A stretch of 64,000 nucleotides of DNA from an uncultured Thermoplasmatales archaeon (GCA_964606745.1 CAZSHJ010000002.1:2629-66628), one strand, 5' to 3'. Positions 48,539-58,795 are shown, counted from the stretch's first letter. Numbers and translations: made by a program. The notes: generated by a model from the letters alone, not told the origin.

Positions 48539-49501
48539 TCATGGTCTGAGTACAATATGTTTTCTGTTTTTCCCTTTATTCACTTCTTCGATTATTTCAT
48601 CTATCTTGCCCTGTATAATGCCAACGGCATCTATTATTGAATCTGTTCTGACAATAACACATGCAAATTTATTCAGCATTCTTGTGATGTTTGGCCCAAA
48701 TCTTCTGCCTGCAAGAACATCAACCTCGTACAGAGAATTGGCAGTGGCTCTGGCTTTTTTTGGATCGCCCCCTTTTATTGACTCGTTCTCCTCAATTTTT
48801 ACGTTTTCCCTTTCTTCTATCATTTCCGCCTTTCCATTGTGGAATCTGTAGATATGGAAAAACTTTGCAGAGCCAAAGTGGTCATCTTTAAGATCATTTC
48901 CATTGTCGGTACCAAATGCAATAATCAACGTTTTATCTTTCCGAAAGTTTAGCACAACTCCATCTTCATAATTTCCATCGTGCATAAGTCTTTTAAGGTA
49001 TTTCCTCTCAAAATGGAAATTAGAATTTTTTATCTCCTCCACGATATCCTCAACACCCATATCCGATAGATTCCATAAGGGCTGGTCTGATCTATTATGT
49101 TTTGGATAAACCGAGAGGATACCACCAATTTTTAAAATCCTGCAGATTTCCTTGTACAGTTCTTTTCTTTGTTTTCTGTCCATGTAATGCAAAATGTCGT
49201 AAAGCAGGACAGCGTCAATAGATTTGTTTTCCAGATTTATTTTTAAATCTTCCGATATTTCTAATGAAACTATATTCTCCAACCCTTTTGATTCTGCTGT
49301 CTTTAACAATTCGTTTATTGAGTTTCTGTCTCTGTCTGCAGCGTAAACCTTGCCTTCTTTTCCGGTCACTCTGGCAGCAGGGATTGTATATGTACCATTT
49401 CCACACCCAAAATCCAGTACACTCTGTCTTTCTTTAATTCCTATTTCCCTCAAAAATTTCTTTCCATCCTCTCTCAACCATTTTTTACTGTTTTCTTTCA
49501 T
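48539..49501 (-). CDS. Fusion protein: class I SAM-dependent methyltransferase + NifX/NifB-type (dinitrogenase FeMo-cofactor-binding family) domain
   Basis: N-terminal VLDFGCGNGTYT motif. C-terminal LIIAFGTDNG...HFGSAKFFHIY...VDVLAGRRFGPNITRML...VIVRT matches the PF02579-type fold. Confidence 0.75.
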   Translation of the reverse strand: MKENSKKWLREDGKKFLREIGIKERQSVLDFGCGNGTYTIPAARVTGKEGKVYAADRDRNSINELLKTAESKGLENIVSLEISEDLKINLENKSIDAVLLYDILHYMDRKQRKELYKEICRILKIGGILSVYPKHNRSDQPLWNLSDMGVEDIVEEIKNSNFHFERKYLKRLMHDGNYEDGVVLNFRKDKTLIIAFGTDNGNDLKDDHFGSAKFFHIYRFHNGKAEMIEERENVKIEENESIKGGDPKKARATANSLYEVDVLAGRRFGPNITRMLNKFACVIVRTDSIIDAVGIIQGKIDEIIEEVNKGKNRKHIVLRP

Positions 49502-49528
49502 GGTCTTTTAATTTACTTTGTCTCGGGA

Positions 49529-50797
49529 TTAGACTTTCTTCTCTATGACCCTGCCGAGTCTTTTTATTCCCTCGGTTATATTTTCGTCTGATGGGTTTGA
49601 GAAATTCAGGCGCATTGAGTTCGAGCCGCCGCCGTCGACATAAAAAGCTCTCCCGTGCACGTATGCCACCTTCTCTTTCAGGGCGTCCTGGAACATTTCC
49701 TTGGTGTCGATATGCTCCGGCAGTGTTGCCCACAAAAACATTCCGCCGTGCGGATGCGTCCACTTGCATCCTTCCGGGAAGTACTGTTCAAGGGCATCAA
49801 GCATGAGATCGCGTTTCCTCTTGTACATCTCTATTATGCGCGGGATATGTCGATCCATGAACCCATCTCTTATGAAACGGTAGGCAATTGACTGGGTGAA
49901 CGTCGGGGTGCACAAATCCACCGACTGCTTTGCAATAATCATCTTCTCCGTCACTGCTTTCGGGGCAACGACATATGCAAGACGGAAGCCTGGGGCAAGA
50001 ATCTTGGAGAATGTACCGAGGTATACGACGTTTTCATCATATGTCTTTATTGCTTTAATCGGTTTTCCATCGAAACGGAGCTTGCCATATGGATCGTCTT
50101 CAATGAGGATAATCTCATATTTCCCTGCGATTTCCGCAATTCTTTTTCTCCTCTCCTCGGGCATAACCACCCCTGCAGGGTTTTGAAATGTCGGTATGGT
50201 ATAGATAATCTTTAATCTTTCTCCGTTTCTCTTGCTTTCCTTTATTTTTTCTTCCAGTTTATCCACGTCCATGCCGTTGTCATCCAATGGAATTCCAACC
50301 ATTTTTGCCATGTATGAATGGAAGGCGTTTATTCCGCCGAGATAGGTGGGCAGCCCGAGAAATACCGTATCCCCTTCATTCAGGAAAATGCGACCTATCA
50401 AATCCAGTGCCTGCTGCGAGCCGACGGTAATGAGGACATTATCAGTATCTGCTTTGATACCGTCCTTTTTGACCATGGAAACTATTTCGTCTATCAGCTT
50501 TCTCCGGCCCGGGGTTGTTCCATACTGAAGGGCAATTTCTCCCTCCTCTCTGAGCATATCCTTCACAATTTTTTCAATGTCTTGTATCGGAAATGCACCA
50601 GGATTGGGCAGGCCGCCGCCGAAGGATATCACTCCAGGTATCTGTGAAACTTCCAGCAATTTTCTTATCTCGGAAGACCTCATCTTTCTTACAATATCAG
50701 AGTATAATCCTGTAATATTCATCGCATGGTAAATGCATGTTTTCCTTAAAGTTATTGCCTGACTATTGACAGCATTTATCATTCGTATATATGGCAT
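49529..50797 (-). CDS. PLP-dependent class I aminotransferase (ARO8/LysN-like)
   Basis: SFGGGLPNPGAFP N-terminal motif. TFSKILAPGFRLAY PLP-lysine motif. Confidence 0.85.
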   Translation of the reverse strand: MPYIRMINAVNSQAITLRKTCIYHAMNITGLYSDIVRKMRSSEIRKLLEVSQIPGVISFGGGLPNPGAFPIQDIEKIVKDMLREEGEIALQYGTTPGRRKLIDEIVSMVKKDGIKADTDNVLITVGSQQALDLIGRIFLNEGDTVFLGLPTYLGGINAFHSYMAKMVGIPLDDNGMDVDKLEEKIKESKRNGERLKIIYTIPTFQNPAGVVMPEERRKRIAEIAGKYEIILIEDDPYGKLRFDGKPIKAIKTYDENVVYLGTFSKILAPGFRLAYVVAPKAVTEKMIIAKQSVDLCTPTFTQSIAYRFIRDGFMDRHIPRIIEMYKRKRDLMLDALEQYFPEGCKWTHPHGGMFLWATLPEHIDTKEMFQDALKEKVAYVHGRAFYVDGGGSNSMRLNFSNPSDENITEGIKRLGRVIEKKV

Positions 50798-51245
50798 CCA
50801 TTATCTGATTTGATTCCTCAATCGTCAAATGTCGTTTTCTGAAGGGGCAAAATTAATTTAGCCGGTATTTCGGGATTAGGAAATATAATCACTCCCACCT
50901 TATCGTCTTCCTTGGTCTTTTCTACATATGCAACAGCATTTATTTTATGATTGAACAGAATATAGGTATTTTGAGGTGGGGCTGGTATGATTACACCTTT
51001 TTAATTTTAAACTCGCCATATCCCATGGGTGTAAATTCTAGATAATATCCTTCCTTTATATCGTGGAGTGAATGCTTTGAAAAACCCTCATTTCGCTAAA
51101 TTCAGCGAAAAATCTTCTCTGTTGGATTGAGGAATTTTTTATTCATTTGCCACTTTTTCAAAGCGTTCAAAGCCCAAGCTGGCGTAATGTTTATATACCG
51201 CCTCTTGTATATACATTTCCCACAAAAATCCCACGAGATGAAGAA

Positions 51246-51665
51246 ATGATTTCACTAGTAAGGTTGGACACTAGAGGACGGCTGGTAATACCTACTGAAT
51301 TCCGAGAAATCCTCGGTCTTAAAGAAGGGGATGAAGTATTAATCAGCCTAGACACAAAAACAGATACAATAACAATTAGTCCGATTTATGAGGGACCAGA
51401 TCGTCTGATAAAAATGGAAATTGAATTTGGTGATACGCCAGGGTGTTTGGCAAAAATCTCAAAGAAAATTGCTGACATGAAAATCGATTTAGTAATGACT
51501 GAATCAAAGAGTTCTCAGCGTAGGAGGAAAGCTCGATGGGATATTATCGCTGATATTTCAAAATGTTCATACTCAGTCAATCAAATTAAACAATTGCTGT
51601 TACAATCCGGTTTTGTGGAATCCATGAGCATTGTTAAGATGACTCATGGTTGTCTTCATTGCTGA
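51246..51665 (+). CDS. AbrB/SpoVT-type DNA-binding domain fused to an ACT domain (candidate amino-acid-responsive regulator)
   Basis: MISLVRLDTRGRLVIPTEFREILGLKEGDEV (swapped-hairpin AbrB motif). Then IKMEIEFGDTPGCLAKISKKIADMKIDLV (ACT-like). The listed ORF starts at 51147 but the homology begins at 51246. Confidence 0.7.
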   Translation: MISLVRLDTRGRLVIPTEFREILGLKEGDEVLISLDTKTDTITISPIYEGPDRLIKMEIEFGDTPGCLAKISKKIADMKIDLVMTESKSSQRRRKARWDIIADISKCSYSVNQIKQLLLQSGFVESMSIVKMTHGCLHC

Positions 51666-51713
51666 TTGTATTCAGGACTCTTTGAGATATACATTTTGTA
51701 AGGGGGTTGTTTT

Positions 51714-52556
51714 ATGATAAAACTTGCCGTTCCAAATAAGGGAAGAATGTTTAAACCAACTGTAGAATTGCTTAGAAACTCGGGTTTCGAACCAAAAGAT
51801 TTTGATGAAAGACGACTGTACGTTGAAACAAATTTTGGCGACATAAGCATACTTTTTGTTAGAACCGACGATATAGGACACTATGTTCAGTCAAATGTAG
51901 CAGATTTAGGTATAACTGGCTATGATATTGTTGTCGAAAAAAAATTTGCAGTAGAGAAACTACTTGATTTGAATTATGGTTTTTGTAAATTGGTGCTTGC
52001 TGGTCCAGAAAAAAAGAGCTTCAAAGATGGAATTAAAGTAGCTACAAAATATAAAAATATTACAAGAGAATACCTCAAGAAAAAAAGAATTCAAGCTGAA
52101 CTCATTAGTTCATCAGGTGCAACAGAGGTCAAGCCGAAACTTGGTCTTGCTGATTTTATTGTTGATACCACTTCTACAGGCTCTACCCTTAAAATGAACG
52201 ATCTCATTATATATGATATACTTTTGAAATCATCAAATGCTATTCTTATAGCAAATAAAAAAAGCGTAGTTGAAAAAAAGAAAGAAATCGCTGGCATAAA
52301 ACTGGCAATTGAGAGTGTTGTTCTTGCAGAAAATAGAAACTACGTGATGTTTAACGTTTCCAAGGAAATCTTATCAAAGATAGTAGGTCAAATACCTTGT
52401 ATGAAGGCGCCAACTATTGTAAAAACGAGCGATGAAAATACTGTTTCTATACAAACTGTTGTTCCCACAAATGATATCTCGAAGATGATAACCTGGTTGA
52501 AAAACTATGGTGCGACAGATATTATTGTCATGGACATTAAACGAGTTGTAATATAG
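51714..52556 (+). CDS. hisG: ATP phosphoribosyltransferase (long form)
   Basis: 280 aa; N-terminal MIKLAVPNKGRM and overall length match the long-form HisG family. Confidence 0.92.
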   Translation: MIKLAVPNKGRMFKPTVELLRNSGFEPKDFDERRLYVETNFGDISILFVRTDDIGHYVQSNVADLGITGYDIVVEKKFAVEKLLDLNYGFCKLVLAGPEKKSFKDGIKVATKYKNITREYLKKKRIQAELISSSGATEVKPKLGLADFIVDTTSTGSTLKMNDLIIYDILLKSSNAILIANKKSVVEKKKEIAGIKLAIESVVLAENRNYVMFNVSKEILSKIVGQIPCMKAPTIVKTSDENTVSIQTVVPTNDISKMITWLKNYGATDIIVMDIKRVVI

Positions 52557-53852
52557 GTGATTTTGATGATTAAAATCTATGAATTAAAGAAAATGGCCAA
52601 TGATGAACGTTATTTTATCATGAGAAGATCAGGGTTAGACATTGAAGGTGTAAAAAACAAGGTGAATGCAATATTAGAAGATGTCAAACTCAATGGGGAC
52701 AAGGCAATTCGAAAATATACAGAACGTTTTGACAGAGTAAAACAGGATGATTTCCGTGTATCAAAAGAGGAAGTCGACAGGGCTTGGAAAAAAATTGACA
52801 AGGTTCTTCTTGCGAGAATAAAGCAACAGATAAAATATTCGAAAAAATTCCATAAAACACAGGTTAAAAATGAAAGAAAATGTGAAATCGATGAAGGTAT
52901 AATTTTAGGTGAAAAATATACTCCGATTGAATCAGTTGGATTATATGTTCCTGGTGGTAGAGCCGTATATCCCAGTGTGTTACAGATTCTTGCTGTTCCT
53001 GCCAAGATTGCTGGCGTTCCCCGGGTTGTTGTCTGCACTCCACCTGACACTGATGGAAAAATCTCGGAATCTTTTTTAGTCGTCGCTAGTCTTCTCGGTC
53101 TTGATGAGATTTATAAGATGGGTGGAGCACAAGCTATTGCAGCGTTAGCCTATGGAACTGAGTCTATAAAACCGGTCAAGAAGATCGTGGGGCCAGGGAA
53201 TATTTATGTGAGCTGCGCAAAAATGCTTGTTTTTGGAATAGTAAATATTGATATGCCAGCAGGTCCGAGTGAGGCGTTAATTCTAGCTGACTCATCTGCT
53301 AATCCATGTTTTGTTGCAGCAGATATTCTTGCAAGATGTGAACATGATCCGGATGCTTCTGCAGTGTTACTCACAGACTCAAAAATGCTGGCAAATCAGA
53401 TAAAAAAAGAAATTAAAAGGCAGTTTTCATATCTTAAAAGACAAAGTATAATAAAAAAAGCTCTTTCAAAATATTCTGCGATTATTATCTGTGACAGCTG
53501 GGATGAAATTATTAATTTCACAAATGAGTATGCACCTGAACACCTTGAAATTATGGTTACACAGCCTTGGGATTTGTTGCCACGAATTGTCAATGCAGGT
53601 TCCATTTTTTTAGGTGAATATGCACCAGTGGCCATTGGAGATTATGCATCTGGAACAAATCATGTTCTCCCAACTGGGCAATATGCTAAGATGTTCTCAC
53701 CAGTAGGTGTTGAAACATTTCAGAAGAAATCAGAATTTCAATATGTAACAAAAGAAGGGCTGAGGCTTTTATATCCGATAGTTCGAGAACTTACTGCTGT
53801 TGAGGGATTGGATGCACATTATAACTCAGTTAAAGTGAGGTTGGAAAAATGA
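52557..53852 (+). CDS. hisD: Histidinol dehydrogenase
   Basis: 431 aa; length and sequence pattern match HisD, including the C-terminal GDYASGTNHVLPT region. Confidence 0.92.
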   Translation: MILMIKIYELKKMANDERYFIMRRSGLDIEGVKNKVNAILEDVKLNGDKAIRKYTERFDRVKQDDFRVSKEEVDRAWKKIDKVLLARIKQQIKYSKKFHKTQVKNERKCEIDEGIILGEKYTPIESVGLYVPGGRAVYPSVLQILAVPAKIAGVPRVVVCTPPDTDGKISESFLVVASLLGLDEIYKMGGAQAIAALAYGTESIKPVKKIVGPGNIYVSCAKMLVFGIVNIDMPAGPSEALILADSSANPCFVAADILARCEHDPDASAVLLTDSKMLANQIKKEIKRQFSYLKRQSIIKKALSKYSAIIICDSWDEIINFTNEYAPEHLEIMVTQPWDLLPRIVNAGSIFLGEYAPVAIGDYASGTNHVLPTGQYAKMFSPVGVETFQKKSEFQYVTKEGLRLLYPIVRELTAVEGLDAHYNSVKVRLEK

Positions 53853-54466
53853 AACTAGGGTTTGATATAAAGAAGAATGCAGATGAAGTAAAAATAGAAA
53901 GGACAACAAAAGAAACAAGGGTAACTGTTAGTATAAATCAGATAAAAAACAAGAAACTTAATGTGGAGACTACAAACCCTTTTCTTGATCACATGATTGA
54001 AACTCTTGCTTGGAGAGCAAACCTCAATATAGCCGTTCATATTAGTACTGAAATAAAACTAAGCCATCCCATAGCTGAAGATATTGGAATAACACTGGGA
54101 AGAGCAATTCTAGAACTCTACAAAATAAAGATATCTGAGGGGGTCGAGGGATTTGGATTTGCCCGTGGATTAATAGATGAAGCATTTGCAGATGCAACAA
54201 TAAGCATTGAGGGGCGAGTGAATTATTTCATAGATGGACATAGGTTTGAAAATGTAGATGGCACAAGCGAGTACGATCTTATCTCATTTTTAGAAGGTTT
54301 CAGTCAGGGCTGTAAATGCACTTTAAGAATAAGTTATTCTGGAAAAGATCCTCATCACTCATGGGAATCAGTTTTCAGAGCATTAGGACTTGCAATAAGG
54401 AAAACACTTGAAGCAAATAGTTGGAGAAAAGGAACGATATCCGGAATGAAAGGAACTTTGGAATAA
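53849..54466 (+). CDS. hisB: Imidazoleglycerol-phosphate dehydratase
   Basis: 205 aa; TRVTVSIN and DHMIETLA segments match the IGPD family (start overlaps the hisD stop). Confidence 0.9.
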   Translation: MKLGFDIKKNADEVKIERTTKETRVTVSINQIKNKKLNVETTNPFLDHMIETLAWRANLNIAVHISTEIKLSHPIAEDIGITLGRAILELYKIKISEGVEGFGFARGLIDEAFADATISIEGRVNYFIDGHRFENVDGTSEYDLISFLEGFSQGCKCTLRISYSGKDPHHSWESVFRALGLAIRKTLEANSWRKGTISGMKGTLE

Positions 54467-54475
54467 AATGAAAGG

Positions 54476-55078
54476 GTGAATAGTGTGATAGGAATATTTG
54501 ACTATGGCATGGGAAATATACAGAGTGTATACAATGCTTTTATATGTCTAGGTGCAAAGGTAGAATGCAGAGCGCCCAATGACCTACGAGATGTTGATGC
54601 AGTTGTTTTACCAGGTGTTGGTGCTTTCAAAGATACTGCATTTCAGCTTGAACCATATAAGAAGAATATTATGGAGTTTTTGAGCAGTGGGAAACCTTTT
54701 TTGGGCATATGTATAGGTTTTCAATATCTCTTTGAAGAAAGCTTTGAAAATGGTCGGTGGAAGGGGCTGGGTTTTTTTCCAGGAAAAATTAATAGACTCT
54801 CTGCGAAAAAGCTTCCGCAGATAGGTTGGAATACACTAAAAATCAAAAAAGAAACACCTATTTTAAAGAAAGTTCCCTCTGGGGGTTTTGTTTACTATAT
54901 TAATTCGTATGCAGCAAGTGGAAAAAATGCTCTTGCAACAAGTTTCTATAGAGAGGAATTTGCTGCAGTAGTTGGAAAAGGAAATGTATTTGCTACACAA
55001 TTTCATCCTGAAAAAAGCGGTATGGTCGGTCTTAGGATTCTTGATAACTTTATAAGGGTGGTCCATCAATGTTTGTGA
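54476..55078 (+). CDS. hisH: Imidazole glycerol phosphate synthase, glutamine amidotransferase subunit
   Basis: GTG start. IGIFDYGMGN and the class I GATase Cys region (GICIGFQ). Confidence 0.9.
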   Translation: MNSVIGIFDYGMGNIQSVYNAFICLGAKVECRAPNDLRDVDAVVLPGVGAFKDTAFQLEPYKKNIMEFLSSGKPFLGICIGFQYLFEESFENGRWKGLGFFPGKINRLSAKKLPQIGWNTLKIKKETPILKKVPSGGFVYYINSYAASGKNALATSFYREEFAAVVGKGNVFATQFHPEKSGMVGLRILDNFIRVVHQCL

Positions 55079-55758
55079 TTCCTAGCGTTGATATTTTAAA
55101 TGAAAAATGTGTGCAATTAGTCGGTGGTAGAGTTGAAACAGCAAAGGTTTATGGCTCTCCATTAGAATGCTTTAAAAAATGGGCGGGTAAAGGTGCCGAC
55201 ATAGTCCACATAGTGGATTTGAATGCTGCTTTTAACTGTGGTTCAAATAAAGAAATTATATTTGAATTGATGAAAAGCGGTTATGCTGATATTCAAGTTG
55301 GCGGTGGAATACGAAATGAGGAATATGCATACGAGCTAGTTAATAGAGGTGCACGACGTATCATTATTGGAAGTAAAGGTTTAGATACCAATTTTCTGGA
55401 AAAGCTCAGTAAAAATATTTCTAACGGTCAGATAATGGTTGCCCTTGATGTTAGATCTGGAAGAATTGTAGCAGATGGTTGGCAGACAAACACCAAGATA
55501 AAATATGATTATGGTGTTAGAAAAATCAGATCATATGTTGGGTCTATTTTATCAACTGATGTCACTAGTGAAGGATTACTAAAAGGACCTGATTCTGAGT
55601 TGTTGAAGACGTTGATGTGGGAGAATATTCCAACATATGCCTCAGGTGGGTTTACCACGAGAAAGGATATTGAGCTTGCAGAAAAGCTTGGCTTTTCTGG
55701 AGTTGTTATCGGTAGGGCATTGTATGAGGGTAAAATGAATTTGGAGGACTTGTGGTGA
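55069..55758 (+). CDS. hisA: ProFAR isomerase
   Basis: 229 aa; N-terminal IPSVDIL and overall sequence pattern match HisA. Confidence 0.9.
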   Translation: MFVIPSVDILNEKCVQLVGGRVETAKVYGSPLECFKKWAGKGADIVHIVDLNAAFNCGSNKEIIFELMKSGYADIQVGGGIRNEEYAYELVNRGARRIIIGSKGLDTNFLEKLSKNISNGQIMVALDVRSGRIVADGWQTNTKIKYDYGVRKIRSYVGSILSTDVTSEGLLKGPDSELLKTLMWENIPTYASGGFTTRKDIELAEKLGFSGVVIGRALYEGKMNLEDLW

Positions 55759-56513
55759 ACATGCTTGCAAAAAGGATTATACCTTGTCTTGATGTGGATA
55801 AAGGAAAGGTTTTGAAAGGGGTTAAATTCCAAGGATTAACTGTCGTTGGTGATCCAGCAGAACTCGCTGACATTTATTATAGACAAAGTGCTGATGAACT
55901 GGTTTTTTTAGATATAGGGGCATCTCCGCAACATAGGGGGACTTTATTTGATGTTGTTAAAAAAGTTTCACAGAATGTTTTCATTCCTTTAACCGTTGGC
56001 GGTGGAATTAGAACTATCGAGGATGTCCAGAGGGCGCTTTCAAATGGAGCAGATAAAGTTTCAATAAATACTGCTGGTGTATTCAATCCTGGATTTATTA
56101 AAGAATCTGCAGAGAGATTTGGATCTCAATGTATTGTCTGTGCAATTGATGCGCAGAGGGAAGACAGTTCTTGGATCGTTCTTACTAATGGTGGGAGAGA
56201 AAAAACTGGTTTAGATGCAGTTTTTTGGGCAAAAAAAGCAGCAAAATATGGAGCTGGAGAGATACTCCTTACAAGTTGGGATGCAGATGGAACGAAACAA
56301 GGATATGATATCGAACTTACAAGAAGAATTGTTGATAGCATAAACATTCCTGTTATTGCATCTGGTGGTGCTGGATCGCTACAAGACATTTTAGACGTTT
56401 TAGGGAGGGGAAAAGCTGATGCTGCTTTAGTAGCCAGTCTTTTCCATTTTGGAACCTATACCGTGAGTGACGTAAAGAACTATTTAAAAAACAAAGGGGT
56501 GAAAGTAAGATGA
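55752..56513 (+). CDS. hisF: Imidazole glycerol phosphate synthase, cyclase subunit
   Basis: 253 aa; N-terminal RIIPCLDV and overall sequence pattern match HisF. Confidence 0.92.
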   Translation: MVNMLAKRIIPCLDVDKGKVLKGVKFQGLTVVGDPAELADIYYRQSADELVFLDIGASPQHRGTLFDVVKKVSQNVFIPLTVGGGIRTIEDVQRALSNGADKVSINTAGVFNPGFIKESAERFGSQCIVCAIDAQREDSSWIVLTNGGREKTGLDAVFWAKKAAKYGAGEILLTSWDADGTKQGYDIELTRRIVDSINIPVIASGGAGSLQDILDVLGRGKADAALVASLFHFGTYTVSDVKNYLKNKGVKVR

Positions 56514-57106
56514 ATAATAATATTGGTAAATTAAAATATAAAAACGGTTTAATCCCGGTGATAACACAGGATATAGAAGGAAAACTATTAATGCAGGCAT
56601 ATGCTAACGAGGAAGCAGTAAAGAAATCACTTGAAACAAAAAAAGCTTGGTACTGGTCCAGAGAAAGAAAAAAACTATGGATGAAAGGTGAGGAATCCGG
56701 CAACACTCAGGAGATAATTGGAGTATTTACTGATTGTGACAGGGATTCTTTATTATATATAGTCAAGCAAAAAGGTGTTGCATGTCATAAAGGAGATTAC
56801 TCTTGTTTTAATGAGCAAATACTTGGTAAAAAAGGGATACCTGTCCTAGAAGAAGTTTATCAAGTAATAAGAGAGCGAAAAAAACTCAAAACAAATAATA
56901 GTTATGTGACAAGTATAATAGAAGATGATAAACGTTTAATCGGTAAAATACGAGAAGAAAGCGAGGAGCTAATTGAAGCTTTTACGGAAAATGATAATCT
57001 TGTCTGGGAAGCTGCAGATGTGATATTTCACACATTTCTACTTCTGGCAAATAGGAATGTAGAATGGAATGAACTAGTCAAGGAATTTCGAAAAAGAAGA
57101 AAGTAA
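56510..57106 (+). CDS. hisIE: Bifunctional phosphoribosyl-AMP cyclohydrolase / phosphoribosyl-ATP pyrophosphatase
   Basis: HisI domain (GLIPVITQD...WYWSRERKKLWMKGEESGNTQ...CDRDSLL...CH) plus C-terminal HisE-like helical domain. Confidence 0.9.
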   Translation: MNNNIGKLKYKNGLIPVITQDIEGKLLMQAYANEEAVKKSLETKKAWYWSRERKKLWMKGEESGNTQEIIGVFTDCDRDSLLYIVKQKGVACHKGDYSCFNEQILGKKGIPVLEEVYQVIRERKKLKTNNSYVTSIIEDDKRLIGKIREESEELIEAFTENDNLVWEAADVIFHTFLLLANRNVEWNELVKEFRKRRK

Positions 57107-57289
57107 AAATCGACTGGATTAGAGCTCCGGTGCACTCTAGTCTTCGACACAAATAATTTCTTATCCATTTAGGCCGGGAATACTGCATGATATGTATCGA
57201 AGCGTAAGACCTGCAGATGAGAGACCGTTTCTTTTAACTTGTTAACCATTGTATATCAGTTGTGCGCGGTAGACCATAGGGTCTGCCCC

Positions 57290-57700
57290 TCAATGGCACG
57301 ACAGGAGAAAAGAACAATATGAATGTTATAAATGGCGGTAGCTATAAAAAGAATTTAGGTGACACTCGACATAGCCAGGTAAACACGATGTTTGTGACTT
57401 AATGTCGATTCAACTGTTTCTGGAGTAAGGATGCTTTTAGGGAGCTGAAACATTTTGGTTTTGCTGGAAATCATGTTCACTCCCATGTGAGCATTCCAAA
57501 AAGATATTCAGTTCAAGATGCAGAGATCGTGTTGAAATCCCGTAGTGCTAAAAGAATATTCAAGAAGCCTCCTGGCTTTGGGAAACGGTATCCACGTGGG
57601 GGCTTTTGGAGCGGATAAGAGCATCATAAGTCAACAGGAAAAATAAACTTGGGGCCAGCATGTATCTGCAATAGCAACGGTTATCTTGATTTACCGCCGA
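57290..57700 (+). mobile_element. IS200/IS605-family TnpA (Y1 HUH transposase) remnant, degraded
   Basis: Frame 57403-57618 reads ...FAGNHVHSHVSIPKRYSVQDAEIVLKSRSAKRIFKKPPGFGKRYPRGGFWSG-stop (HUH motif HVH; family pattern HVHLLVSIPPKYSVS..LKGKSS..L...P.LKK.YWG..FWS.GYF). N-terminal third is not recoverable and the C-terminus is frameshifted. Stem-loop agacc-atag-ggtct at ~57271-57284 sits where an IS left-end hairpin would be. Confidence 0.5.
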
Positions 57701-57877
57701 GTGAGATGCGGTATGGCCGAGCCCATTGTGGGCGAGGGCTTGCCTTATAAGGGAGCAGCCCCTATTTCGCAGTAAGCCATGGTTTATAATGTATTAATAG
57801 ACTCCCCATACTTTCTTTGTTCTTTGGCATGTGCATTAGAAAAGCATTTTAATCGATACCGATTGCATGAGGGATAA

Positions 57878-58795
57878 ATGGCAGACGCTTTACTTTACAT
57901 GCTGGAACTTGCAATAGGCCTTGCATTTTTAGTCAAGGGAAGCGACATCTTCATTGACGGGGCGGCGGCGGTGGCAAAAAAAGCGGGCATCTCGGAGCAT
58001 ATGATAGGCTTGACTCTCGTGGCGTTTGCGACCTCCCTGCCCGAGCTGGCGGTTTCATCCGTTGCGTCCTTCAAGAGAGCAGAGGGGATAGCGATAGGTA
58101 ATGTTGTAGGCTCCAATGTTGCCAATATATGTCTTGTGCTGGGCGTTGCCGCCCTGATAATGCAGATGAAAACAACCAGGGAGACGAGGAGGGATGCGAT
58201 TTTCATGGTGGCTGTAACAATCGTCCTTTTCGCATTTATTGCAATTGATAAGAGTATAGACTGGTACGACGGTCTGATTTTTTTGTTGCTCTATGCTTTC
58301 TTCATTTTTTATCTTTACAGGACACATAGGGGGAGTGATAAAATCGAAGCGAAACAAGGGAGCTATGCAAAAGAAATTGTTTTTGTTGTTCTCGGTGCGG
58401 CAGGCGTTGTGCTTGGTGCCCATTTTCTGGTGGAATCCGGAACCGGCATTGCGACACTTCTCGGTATTTCTCCTCTTGTCATAGGCCTGACAATGTTGGC
58501 TCTTGGCACGTCTCTCCCGGAACTGGCAAGTTCAGTAGCAGCCGCTTTGAAGGGAAAGCACGGCATTGCAATAGGAAATGTGGTCGGGAGCAACATCATC
58601 AATATTTTACTCGTGCTGGGTGTGGCAGGTATAATAAACCCGATTGGGGCGGAGGAAACATTGTATGTGACCATGCCATTTCTGTTGTTCGTATCGGTGG
58701 TGGCTGCAATTTTTGCCAGCAAGAAAATTGGAAAGATGGAAGGCATCTTTTTGCTGGCATTATATGCATCTTTCATAATCCTTTTATTTTTATGA
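57878..58795 (+). CDS. Ca2+/cation antiporter (CaCA family, YrbG-like)
   Basis: Two alpha-repeats (GLTLVAFATSLPELAVS...GNVVGSNV and LALGTSLPELASS...GNVVGSNI). ~10 TM segments. Confidence 0.85.
   Translation: MADALLYMLELAIGLAFLVKGSDIFIDGAAAVAKKAGISEHMIGLTLVAFATSLPELAVSSVASFKRAEGIAIGNVVGSNVANICLVLGVAALIMQMKTTRETRRDAIFMVAVTIVLFAFIAIDKSIDWYDGLIFLLLYAFFIFYLYRTHRGSDKIEAKQGSYAKEIVFVVLGAAGVVLGAHFLVESGTGIATLLGISPLVIGLTMLALGTSLPELASSVAAALKGKHGIAIGNVVGSNIINILLVLGVAGIINPIGAEETLYVTMPFLLFVSVVAAIFASKKIGKMEGIFLLALYASFIILLFL

Noticed and set aside
50798-51245. Unassigned 450-nt spacer upstream of the AbrB-ACT gene, including a 60-codon open frame lacking any start codon
   Set aside because: No start codon, no family resemblance. 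Treated as promoter/leader space.
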